IMG/VR virus record: IMGVR_UViG_3300032307_000764 | Coordinates: 32,001-96,000 of that record | Reading direction: 5' to 3' (one strand) | DNA length: 64,000 nucleotides | Origin: a virus | Taxonomy: Duplodnaviria > Caudoviricetes | Shown: positions 18,361-26,761 of the stretch, in pieces | How positions within the stretch are numbered: position 1 is the first letter of the stretch | How the letters are laid out: every line of letters begins with the position of its first letter | Notes under the pieces: generated by a model | What the model was told of the DNA's origin: nothing | Databases searched by the model: none | Seen by the model: the letters and a program-made list of their open reading frames with translations, nothing else | Position numbers and translations under genes: made by a program

Positions 18361-18871
18361 AGAGGTAATTGAAATTGATGGACATTTGTTTGTTCGTCAG
18401 ATCAATCCGGGCGTTATTATAATGCCATATACTCTAGACGATAACGGTTATCCGATTAAGATAGGTGTTATCTCTGAGGTATTAGACCAAAGACCAGGAG
18501 GTATGGCTAAGACACTAATTACTGGATCTCAGGAAGACTCAGATGCTAACATATTCCAAACTGCAGTTAGAGAACTAAAAGAAGAATCTGGATTTGATAT
18601 TAGTGATTTAAAGAGATGGAAATTTTTAGGAAGTTTATATACATCAAAATTAGTAATAAACTCTAATCCTTGTTTCTCTGTAAATATTACATCATTAGTA
18701 GCAGATGAGAAAGAAACAGACGGTTCTCAGGATGAAGAGGATTCGAAATTTGAATTAATAAGCGTTGACGAAGCTTTGGATCTTGAGGATTCTTTAGTTA
18801 GTACGTTATTTATTAAGACGTTTAAAGATTTGTTTAACAAAAACCAAGAAGAAAATGAACCTTCCGAATAG
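18308..18871 (+). CDS. Nudix hydrolase
   Basis: Nudix box GSQEDSDANIFQTAVRELKEESGF. Confidence 0.88.
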   Translation: MELNEKAEQAVIQKTKNREVIEIDGHLFVRQINPGVIIMPYTLDDNGYPIKIGVISEVLDQRPGGMAKTLITGSQEDSDANIFQTAVRELKEESGFDISDLKRWKFLGSLYTSKLVINSNPCFSVNITSLVADEKETDGSQDEEDSKFELISVDEALDLEDSLVSTLFIKTFKDLFNKNQEENEPSE

Positions 18872-19028
18872 AAAAGAAAGAAGAAAGATTGCCAAGCAAA
18901 TGGGAGTATTTGGGAAAAATAAAGCTCTGAATACAGAAGAGGCTAAAGATAGATCTAAGGCCATGGGAAATCTAATAAGACTCAGAAATCTAACTGAGCA
19001 AAGAAACAAAAATAAAGACCAAAAATAA
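18855..19028 (+). CDS. Small basic hypothetical protein (57 aa, not in the ORF track)
   Basis: My translation is MNLPNRKERRKIAKQMG...RNKNKDQK*. It overlaps the Nudix end and stops 4 nt before the next start, filling the gap. Confidence 0.6.
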   Translation: MNLPNRKERRKIAKQMGVFGKNKALNTEEAKDRSKAMGNLIRLRNLTEQRNKNKDQK

Positions 19029-19032
19029 TTTA

Positions 19033-19353
19033 GTGTATTTTCAATCTTTCATAGTTTCTAAGGTAGACAAGATTAAAAATATCAGTCTGGAGCAGTATGA
19101 CTTTTGTCATATAGATGTTAATTCGTGGTTCAAGAGTAACAATTTGACTCCAGATAGCATGAACGAAATACGTCAATACATATTTGAAGAGTGGCTTCAT
19201 AAAAAAATGATGAGCTCTAAAAATAAAATTTCCGCGGGATGTAAATTAGTTATAGTTTACGACAGTCCTACCGATCCTTTTATTGATCTTCTAAAATTAA
19301 AAATATCAGAAATTTTCGAACATGAATTTTGTGATATTGTTTTAGCTGACTAA
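19033..19353 (+). CDS. Hypothetical protein
   Basis: 106-aa ORF with a GTG start, filling the space between neighbours. Confidence 0.55.
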   Translation: MYFQSFIVSKVDKIKNISLEQYDFCHIDVNSWFKSNNLTPDSMNEIRQYIFEEWLHKKMMSSKNKISAGCKLVIVYDSPTDPFIDLLKLKISEIFEHEFCDIVLAD

Positions 19354-19363
19354 TAAAAGTAGA

Positions 19364-19371
19364 GGTATATA
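19364..19371 (+). promoter_or_regulatory. Putative late promoter variant GGTATATA
   Basis: Lies just before the ATG at 19376 that opens the structural module. Confidence 0.35.
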
Positions 19372-19375
19372 ACGT

Positions 19376-21217
19376 ATGGGAACAAATGACGGAAATAATA
19401 ATTCTAGCAACGCTTCTTCTGGGGGTACTACAGTAACAGATATACAAAGATTTGCTACTAACATCTACTCTTTTCCTAGTGATAAGACATTTGCTACCTA
19501 TGAGGTAGGAGATTTACAATCATTACCTAAGAGCCTTTTTTATGATGCAGCAACTTCAGATGGTGTATACAGGGGTTTATTTGCATATTATGTTTTAGGC
19601 AAAGGAGCTAATGGATCTACTGTTAAATATCATAAATCTGAAACTACAGAAGAGATTTCTAAGATAACATCAATAGAGTCTAGAAATCCAACTGCAAAAA
19701 TGATAATAGACACTACGTCTAAAATTACTAATAAAGTTCCCGCATACCTAGATCCTGCAAGTCCCTACAGAGGACAGATATACAACGTAAAGGATTTTAT
19801 ATTTTGTAAATATTATGGTATAATTCCTAATAACAGGATGCTCACTCTAAGAAGATTTGCTAATCCTACATTGGATTCTCTTAGAGTTATTCCTAATTCA
19901 AAAGCCGGGGATTTCATAGTCGGTGCTGACAAAAAGGTTAGGTTTGATCAAGTAGACGTTCCAGATTTAGGTAGAATGCAGGATTTAAGCGCAAGAGAAA
20001 ATACTTCGCTTCCAGTAGCTCAGGCGGTTACCTATTTCGGAGGAGATACAGGAAATAACCTAGCATCTATATTAGGTATATCTACTGGATTAAATTTTAC
20101 ACCAGGTACTCAAGACCCAGTAAAAAACGAACAAACAGGAGACCCTGGATTGATGAACTCTCCATACGGAGATTTAATAAAATCTTATGTGCAAAGTGGT
20201 ACATCAGGATTAGATGTAGATGGGATTGATAAATTAGTTGGTACTTTATTATCTCCTGAAAAAAGTGAGAATAGATTAAAAAGAGCCTTACTAGACGAAG
20301 CAGTAAGTGCGGAAGGACCTTTATCTAAAAAGATATTTGTTAACGTTAATACTGTTAATCAAATGTATTACAGAGCTCAAGGATTTAGTGGAGGTCTGGA
20401 ATCTTTTACTATAAACTTTGATTACACACTTTCATCAGCTGGACAAGTTAATTCTAAGCTACTTTTCTTAGACTTAATGACTAACCTATTCTCGATAGGA
20501 ACTGACTACGGGCAATTCTTATCTCCAGAGCTTAGATTATCTCAAACTAATACAGGATTAGGATTCCCTGGAGGTCCAGCAGGATATGCTAAGTCTATCG
20601 TCGATCCTATACAATATTTAAGAGACACAGTTTCTAAAATGCTATCAAAATCTACTGTTGAAAGACAGCTTGCTTCAGAGAAAGCTGTATCTGAGGAGAT
20701 GAATCAAATGGTTACTGAAATTAGAAATTTCGCTAATGACCCTGATAATAAGCCATTAGGTAAAGATTCTAAACTATACAGATCCATATCAGTTATGCTT
20801 AGTGATGCCTTCTTAAGAAAGGTTTATTACCAGCCTATTATGTTGAGCGGATATCCTGTAGGTGAATGGCATTTAGTTGTGGGTAATCCATTAAATCCGA
20901 TAGCAATGATTGGAAATCTAATATGCACCAACGTTAAAATAAATTTTAATGATGAATTGGGGCCTGACGATTTTCCTACTGAGATTAAAGCTTCATTTAC
21001 ACTTGCACCCGGTAGACAAAGACACAGGGGTGATTGGGAATCAATGTTTAACCGTGGTAACGGAAGATTATACTTAGGACAATTAACATCCAGTGGAGAA
21101 TCTACACAAGCTTGGATTAATACGAGCGGTGTACAAGTTAATAGATTATCTTCCTTAGATCAAGTGGTAACTCAAGGAAGTAGCAACTTGACAGGAACAG
21201 AAATAAATAGAAGATAA
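19376..21217 (+). CDS. Putative baseplate tube-initiator/cap protein (T4 gp48/gp54-like tube fold)
   Basis: The C-terminal GNLICTNVKINFNDELGPDDFPTEIKASFTL resembles tube-fold cap proteins; it lies directly before the gp53-like gene. Confidence 0.5.
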   Translation: MGTNDGNNNSSNASSGGTTVTDIQRFATNIYSFPSDKTFATYEVGDLQSLPKSLFYDAATSDGVYRGLFAYYVLGKGANGSTVKYHKSETTEEISKITSIESRNPTAKMIIDTTSKITNKVPAYLDPASPYRGQIYNVKDFIFCKYYGIIPNNRMLTLRRFANPTLDSLRVIPNSKAGDFIVGADKKVRFDQVDVPDLGRMQDLSARENTSLPVAQAVTYFGGDTGNNLASILGISTGLNFTPGTQDPVKNEQTGDPGLMNSPYGDLIKSYVQSGTSGLDVDGIDKLVGTLLSPEKSENRLKRALLDEAVSAEGPLSKKIFVNVNTVNQMYYRAQGFSGGLESFTINFDYTLSSAGQVNSKLLFLDLMTNLFSIGTDYGQFLSPELRLSQTNTGLGFPGGPAGYAKSIVDPIQYLRDTVSKMLSKSTVERQLASEKAVSEEMNQMVTEIRNFANDPDNKPLGKDSKLYRSISVMLSDAFLRKVYYQPIMLSGYPVGEWHLVVGNPLNPIAMIGNLICTNVKINFNDELGPDDFPTEIKASFTLAPGRQRHRGDWESMFNRGNGRLYLGQLTSSGESTQAWINTSGVQVNRLSSLDQVVTQGSSNLTGTEINRR

Positions 21218-21223
21218 TTAATT

Positions 21224-21829
21224 ATGTTAGGAATTGATATAATAGAAGCTAAATCTTATAGAACTAATCCTAATACTGGGATTACATATTTAGATCTTGT
21301 GGCCCCTTCTTGGGACACTAAACAAATTAGATATGATCTTAGAAGTATTGCGATAGTAACTGATGAGACTGAAATGAGACCCGATCTTGTTTCTATATCA
21401 TATCAATCTGATCATAGATATTTGGGATCTTTATTGAAACTGAATAATATATCTAATCCTCTTAGCGTTAAATCTGGTGAAATACTTGCAGTCCCTACGG
21501 ATCAGATGTTAAAAGATCTTTTTACTAGTGGACAAACTTTTACTAATCAAAGGCAGAAAGCTAAATCTTTCAGAAAGGAATTACAGGAAAAGATCTCTCA
21601 GGTTAGCCAGGAGAGACTCGATTATCTAAATTCTAAGAATATATCGAATCTTGCAGAAACTCCTCTTCCTCCTAATATTTTACAAGAAGGACAACAACAA
21701 ATTTTAGTTGAAGGCGGAAGACTAATATTCGGACCAGACATTGGGCAATGTAGGGCTAGAGTTAGAAAGAACGTTTCTGTTACTGATATTAAATCGAAAC
21801 TTGCACAGAAAAACATTTTTAAAAGATAA
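21224..21829 (+). CDS. Baseplate wedge protein, T4 gp53/LysM-like
   Basis: EMRPDLVS...LLKLNNISNPLSVKSGEILAVP matches the gp53/LysM pattern. Confidence 0.75.
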   Translation: MLGIDIIEAKSYRTNPNTGITYLDLVAPSWDTKQIRYDLRSIAIVTDETEMRPDLVSISYQSDHRYLGSLLKLNNISNPLSVKSGEILAVPTDQMLKDLFTSGQTFTNQRQKAKSFRKELQEKISQVSQERLDYLNSKNISNLAETPLPPNILQEGQQQILVEGGRLIFGPDIGQCRARVRKNVSVTDIKSKLAQKNIFKR

Positions 21830-21832
21830 TAG

Positions 21833-23449
21833 ATGGCTGTAGAATTTAATTTAAGAAAGTCTATACTACAGTATAGAAATCCGGATATAATTCTGGATGA
21901 ACTAGCTGTGGCAGATACTTCTAGCCAGGAGGGTGATAAAAATTTAAACGATCAAAAAAGTAACAACGTACAGAAGAAGTATTTTGGTATGGCAGAACCG
22001 CTTATCAGAATAAATAATTTAGTAGTTACTGGATTAACCTATTTTAAATTGGATCTTACCGGTTTTTTACCTAAGGTAATATTTAGATTTCAAACTGTAG
22101 ACGAAAGGTTTTTGTTTACATCTTTCCCAAAAGACGGTGATATAGTTTCTATCTATATTAGGCCCTTCGGTGAATTGTTTAAGCCCATTAGAATGGACTT
22201 TACAATTACTGAGGTCCTTTCTCCTTTTAATAACGGGCCTTATGTTGATTACACACCTTCTACAGGTAAGATTCAAAACTATACTATAATGGGTGAGGTT
22301 AAGATACCTAAGCTTTATAAAGATGTGTGTAAGGTTTTTAAAGGTAACAGCGCTGATGCCCTAATAAAAATAGCGGAGGATTTAGGATTAGGATATGCTT
22401 CGAATGAAGCTAAGACATCGGATTCTATGAATTGGCTATCTCCTAATGTCGATTACAATACGCTTATTAAACAAATAGTTAATAGTGCGTGGTTAGGCGA
22501 GGAGGATTACTTCGATTGTTGGATAGATCAATATTACAATATTAATCTGGTTAATCTTAAAAAGCAATTTGACGAACAGAACGGAACAATAGAAACCATG
22601 AGAATGGCTTATGGTGCAGACGAGGGTGGAGATTTACAGCCAGGAGCGGAAACTATGGAAGTAGAATTTCCATTATTGTTGACTAATTCTACAGAATTTA
22701 GTAAATCACCTTTGTTCATAAAAGATCTAGCTTTGGAACAAAACGCGGGTAGAATTAATAACGATCTTGGATATTTTCAGAAGATCCAATTTTATGATGA
22801 TAAATTAAAATCAGATAAGCCTAAAAACAAATTTGTTGAATATAATTTGGAATCCGTAACTAACAAAGACCTAGGGTCTAGAGATACAATTAATAAAGGA
22901 AGATTAGGGGAGGACATTTACAAAGAAGAAATAAAGAAAACCTACGTTGGTACTCTATATTTTGAAAATGTTCATGAAAATTTTCAACAGGCTTCAGTTC
23001 AGAATATATTAAATAGAAATGATAGTTACAAGATGCTATTAAAAGTTAAGAATCGATCTTGGACTCCGTTTCTGTACAGAGGACAGACTTTTCCTGTTAT
23101 TATTATGAATGAAGGTAGTACAACTGCATCTGGTGATTCTAAATATACTCCTGCTTCCGGGGAAAAAACATCTATTGCACCTCCCGCAGATAAAAGAGTA
23201 CCTAATGCTTTTCTTTGCGGTAATTACGTGGTGTTAGGATTTACTATAGAATACAGTAATGTAGAAGGAATGTACCAGACTATGCTTTTAGGTAAAAAAC
23301 AATGGACTCTTAATCCTGGACTTGCTTCAGATCCAAGGACTTTAGATCCTCAAGTTGATAATGCAGGATTTAACGATCTTGTAGAGAATGCCTCAACTAT
23401 TTTACAACAGGAGGTTGGAAGAATAAAGAGCGACATATTCTCGAAATAA
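21833..23449 (+). CDS. Putative baseplate hub protein (gp27/gpD-like)
   Basis: Located between the gp53-like and gp5-like genes; has FDCWIDQYYNINLVNL and a C-terminal LCGNYVVLGFTIEY...YQTMLLGKK hub-like ending. Confidence 0.55.
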   Translation: MAVEFNLRKSILQYRNPDIILDELAVADTSSQEGDKNLNDQKSNNVQKKYFGMAEPLIRINNLVVTGLTYFKLDLTGFLPKVIFRFQTVDERFLFTSFPKDGDIVSIYIRPFGELFKPIRMDFTITEVLSPFNNGPYVDYTPSTGKIQNYTIMGEVKIPKLYKDVCKVFKGNSADALIKIAEDLGLGYASNEAKTSDSMNWLSPNVDYNTLIKQIVNSAWLGEEDYFDCWIDQYYNINLVNLKKQFDEQNGTIETMRMAYGADEGGDLQPGAETMEVEFPLLLTNSTEFSKSPLFIKDLALEQNAGRINNDLGYFQKIQFYDDKLKSDKPKNKFVEYNLESVTNKDLGSRDTINKGRLGEDIYKEEIKKTYVGTLYFENVHENFQQASVQNILNRNDSYKMLLKVKNRSWTPFLYRGQTFPVIIMNEGSTTASGDSKYTPASGEKTSIAPPADKRVPNAFLCGNYVVLGFTIEYSNVEGMYQTMLLGKKQWTLNPGLASDPRTLDPQVDNAGFNDLVENASTILQQEVGRIKSDIFSK

Positions 23450-23458
23450 TTTTAAGAA

Positions 23459-25849
23459 ATGGCAGATTTTATATCAGACTTTGGATCAGGATTAAAGGAC
23501 AACGTTCTACCTACAGGGGATGTACTAAACAGAAAGATAGATGCTCAGAGAGAGAAATTCTTGAAAGGTATTTCTAGCACAAAGCATGGTAAAAAAGAAG
23601 ATCCTACATATCTTCATTTTAAATTCATTTTTGATTTAGGAAATACTTCCTTAATAGATCAAGAGACTTTCTTAGCACCTTCTCCTTTATTTAGACCGTA
23701 TAAACCGAATGCCTTAGATCTATCTACTGAAGCCAGAGATTTAGGTAGCTTTAGAGCTGCACAAAAAGCTAGTATAGATCCTAATAAAGAAGGAGCTCCT
23801 GATCAGATAGCAAAGATAGATCAGCTTGCAAGTGTAGGTGATAGCGGATTCAAATCGGATACCGATTTTTTCTACGGCTCTAAATTTAAAATCGATGAAA
23901 GATATCACCACGGTGCATTTAATATAAATGGTGGTGGCGTTGCTTATATGGGAGCTCAAGAATTTTTATCTCAGAGATCTTTAAAGAGACAGCAAATGCT
24001 TGATGCTTTCAGAAATGGATTAAACTTCGTTAATACTGAATGTCCGTATTATTTTCAAAGCGTATCCGGACTGGACCAATTACTTAAAACTGATATTAAG
24101 AACTTCCATAAAGCAGCGGGAAAACCGATGAGAGCGGGTACTTTAACCGTAGAGTGTATGGAATCTATAGATATGAGAATATTCTCACTTTCCGAACTTT
24201 ATAGAAAAGCAGTTTACGATTATACGTATCATAGAATAATGCTTCCTGAGAATCTTAGAAAGTTTAGAATGTGGATGGTTGTAACTGAGGTTAGAAACAT
24301 ACAGCTTAGCTATGGAATAAACGATATACTTAATCCTTTTTCCGTTCCAGCAGTTGCCCAAGCAGCTAACTTTTTGGATAGTTTTAACACACAGACAGGA
24401 TTACTAAATAATACCCAAGGATTATTACAAAAAAGTACAAATACAGAAAGTCCTTATAATGATAAATTCGGATCTTATACTATGGGCCCTTATGCTTTTG
24501 TTTATCAATTTGATCAATGTGAATTTGATTTCGACGATTCTTTTCCTTCCTATGGTACCATAGACAATAAAGGTGGACAAGCAGTAACTAATAGATTTAA
24601 GATTCATGTAGGAAGAGTTAAGGATTATAAGATACAATTTAACCAGCTTTCTGATGTTATCAAGAAAAATGATAACATTCAACAAATGGTTCTTTCAGAT
24701 GTATGGGGATCTACTACCAACGACTATAATAATTATGATTATGCAGGATCTACAGGTATTTCATCTGTTGATTTGTCTAGCACTGCAAACCCAGGGCAAG
24801 CATTTGCACAAATGGCTTCTAACTTTATAAATAATACAGTAGCAGATCTGAAGAATCAGGGTGTATCTATATTACAGGGAGCCTTACTAGGAAACATATA
24901 TGGTTTAGGAGGAATAAACCCTGGTGCTGCTGCAAGAAACGTTCAATCGTTAGTTAATACACTAAAGAATGGAATACCTAATCCATTCGATGATAATACA
25001 CCACAAGGACAAGGATTAGGAGGTCCTACTGAAAGACAATACCCAACAGTAAATACTGATGTATATACAGGAGGAACTCAGGGAGTTACAGGAAGTTTAG
25101 GAAATCCTTTAACTAATCCACCTGCAGCTTCGAATAGTTTAAACGAGGATATTTATGCTAATAACCCAGGATCGGACTTAGGTGTTCCTGACAGACAATA
25201 TCCTACTTTATCTGCTGATGAGTATATTAATAATCCAGGATCTGATCTAGGTGTACCTGGTAGAGTTTATCCATCAGTTGATTTAGATATCTACCAAAAT
25301 AACCCAGGAACAGATTTAGGAGTTCCTGACAGGCAATATCCAGTTAACAATGATGATGTTTATAACAATGTACCTGGATCAGATTTAGGTGTACCTGAAA
25401 GGGTTTATCCTGATTTGAACTTAGATGTTTATTCTACTAACCCAGGATCTGATTTAGGAGTTCCTGATAGAGTTTATCCTAGTAATAATGATGACGAATA
25501 TAAAAACGTGCCTGGATCAGATTTAGGTGTTATAGGAAGAGTATACGAAACTCCTGAGGGAGACGTTTATCCTACTAATCCTGGAGCAGATTTAGGATTA
25601 CCATCTAGGGAATATAAAACATCTGAAGGTGATGAATATAAAAACGTGCCTGGATCAGATTTAGGAGGAATTGGTAGAATATACGAAACTGTTAAGGAAG
25701 ATTTATATACTAAAGTCCCTGGACCAGACTTAGGAGGATCTGAAAGAGATTATCCAACAGTAAGAGGTAGAGAATATCCGGAAGGAAAGGTATCTTCTGA
25801 GAATAATTTAGGGAGGATATATCCTACAACAAATAATGAAAACTCTTAA
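23459..25849 (+). CDS. Putative tube-fold baseplate protein with C-terminal 23-aa tandem repeats
   Basis: LTVECMESIDMRI...LPENLRKF...YQFDQCEF is reminiscent of tube-like proteins; baseplate context; repeat array at the C-terminus. Confidence 0.5.
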   Translation: MADFISDFGSGLKDNVLPTGDVLNRKIDAQREKFLKGISSTKHGKKEDPTYLHFKFIFDLGNTSLIDQETFLAPSPLFRPYKPNALDLSTEARDLGSFRAAQKASIDPNKEGAPDQIAKIDQLASVGDSGFKSDTDFFYGSKFKIDERYHHGAFNINGGGVAYMGAQEFLSQRSLKRQQMLDAFRNGLNFVNTECPYYFQSVSGLDQLLKTDIKNFHKAAGKPMRAGTLTVECMESIDMRIFSLSELYRKAVYDYTYHRIMLPENLRKFRMWMVVTEVRNIQLSYGINDILNPFSVPAVAQAANFLDSFNTQTGLLNNTQGLLQKSTNTESPYNDKFGSYTMGPYAFVYQFDQCEFDFDDSFPSYGTIDNKGGQAVTNRFKIHVGRVKDYKIQFNQLSDVIKKNDNIQQMVLSDVWGSTTNDYNNYDYAGSTGISSVDLSSTANPGQAFAQMASNFINNTVADLKNQGVSILQGALLGNIYGLGGINPGAAARNVQSLVNTLKNGIPNPFDDNTPQGQGLGGPTERQYPTVNTDVYTGGTQGVTGSLGNPLTNPPAASNSLNEDIYANNPGSDLGVPDRQYPTLSADEYINNPGSDLGVPGRVYPSVDLDIYQNNPGTDLGVPDRQYPVNNDDVYNNVPGSDLGVPERVYPDLNLDVYSTNPGSDLGVPDRVYPSNNDDEYKNVPGSDLGVIGRVYETPEGDVYPTNPGADLGLPSREYKTSEGDEYKNVPGSDLGGIGRIYETVKEDLYTKVPGPDLGGSERDYPTVRGREYPEGKVSSENNLGRIYPTTNNENS
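25148..25768 (+). repeat. Nine in-frame 69-bp (23-aa) tandem repeats, consensus DxYxNxPGSDLGVPxRxYPxxxx
   Basis: Units start at 25148, 25217 and onward at 69-nt spacing; an identical 32-bp stretch (gaatataaaaacgtgcctggatcagatttagg) occurs at 25496 and 25634. Confidence 0.95.
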
Positions 25850-25871
25850 TAATTAAATAGTATAATCTTAA

Positions 25872-26759
25872 ATGGGATTAGTAAATAGAGATAAATTAGA
25901 AAAACCAAATATTGAGATCTCTCACTATCTAGGTGTCGTGGTTGATAATAAAGATCCCGAATTTAGAGGAAGAGCTAAAATTAGAGTATTTGGTATTTTC
26001 GACGAGATCCCCGATGCAGATCTACCTTGGTCACATCAAAGGTTTGAGCAAAGCTACGGATTAAACGGAGGATCTGGAAGAATGTCTGTTCCTAAATTAG
26101 GATCGGTTGTTCATGTACAATTTAATAACGGGAATTTTTATAGTCCTGAATATAAAGCTGTTCAGGAATTATCACCTGATTTGATAGATGAGATCAGAGC
26201 AAGTTACGATGGGGCTCATTCCGTAATCTATGATGGTATAGAAAGGCTTAAGATGTATTACACTGTAGAGAAAGGAATGGTGATAGACCTTAAGGATTCT
26301 AAAATTATAATAAGGAATGATAATTCTATACTAATAACTCACGCTGATGATACCGCTTCTATCGAGTTAAAAGGTGGGAAGATAACAAAATATGCAGATC
26401 AAGAAATAGAGAACACTGCAGTTACAAGAATTAAACATTCTTCAGAGGAAGTTTGGATGGACGGTAAGACTACAAATCTTGGACACTCTCCGGTTTTTTC
26501 TGCTGTTTGCGCTGAGCCTTTATGGGATTTTCTTAAAAAATTAGCGATATCAGTAGACAGTAAAATGCCAGCAAGTCCTGGAGTTAATTCAACCTTAGCA
26601 TCTAGTTTTGAACAACTAGCTACAAGTCAAACTGTAAGAGTTACACGTGAAAATACACCAGATCTTCCTGCTGTACCTGCTCAAAATAATTTCCCTGTTT
26701 CTTTACCTGCTACTGGAGCTGCTGGTACGACCGGAGCTACAGGAACAACTGGAGGATAA
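25872..26759 (+). CDS. Baseplate central spike, T4 gp5/VgrG-like (OB fold plus short beta-helix, no lysozyme domain)
   Basis: YLGVVVDNKDPEFRGRAKIRVFG...LPW and VPKLGSVVHVQFNNGNFYSPEY are gp5 N-terminal OB-fold motifs. Confidence 0.85.
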   Translation: MGLVNRDKLEKPNIEISHYLGVVVDNKDPEFRGRAKIRVFGIFDEIPDADLPWSHQRFEQSYGLNGGSGRMSVPKLGSVVHVQFNNGNFYSPEYKAVQELSPDLIDEIRASYDGAHSVIYDGIERLKMYYTVEKGMVIDLKDSKIIIRNDNSILITHADDTASIELKGGKITKYADQEIENTAVTRIKHSSEEVWMDGKTTNLGHSPVFSAVCAEPLWDFLKKLAISVDSKMPASPGVNSTLASSFEQLATSQTVRVTRENTPDLPAVPAQNNFPVSLPATGAAGTTGATGTTGG

Positions 26760-26761
26760 AG

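Noticed and set aside
25148-25768. The 69-bp periodic array as a CRISPR array
   Set aside because: The units are in-frame coding repeats with synonymous variation, have no invariant repeat/unique spacer structure, and no cas genes are present.
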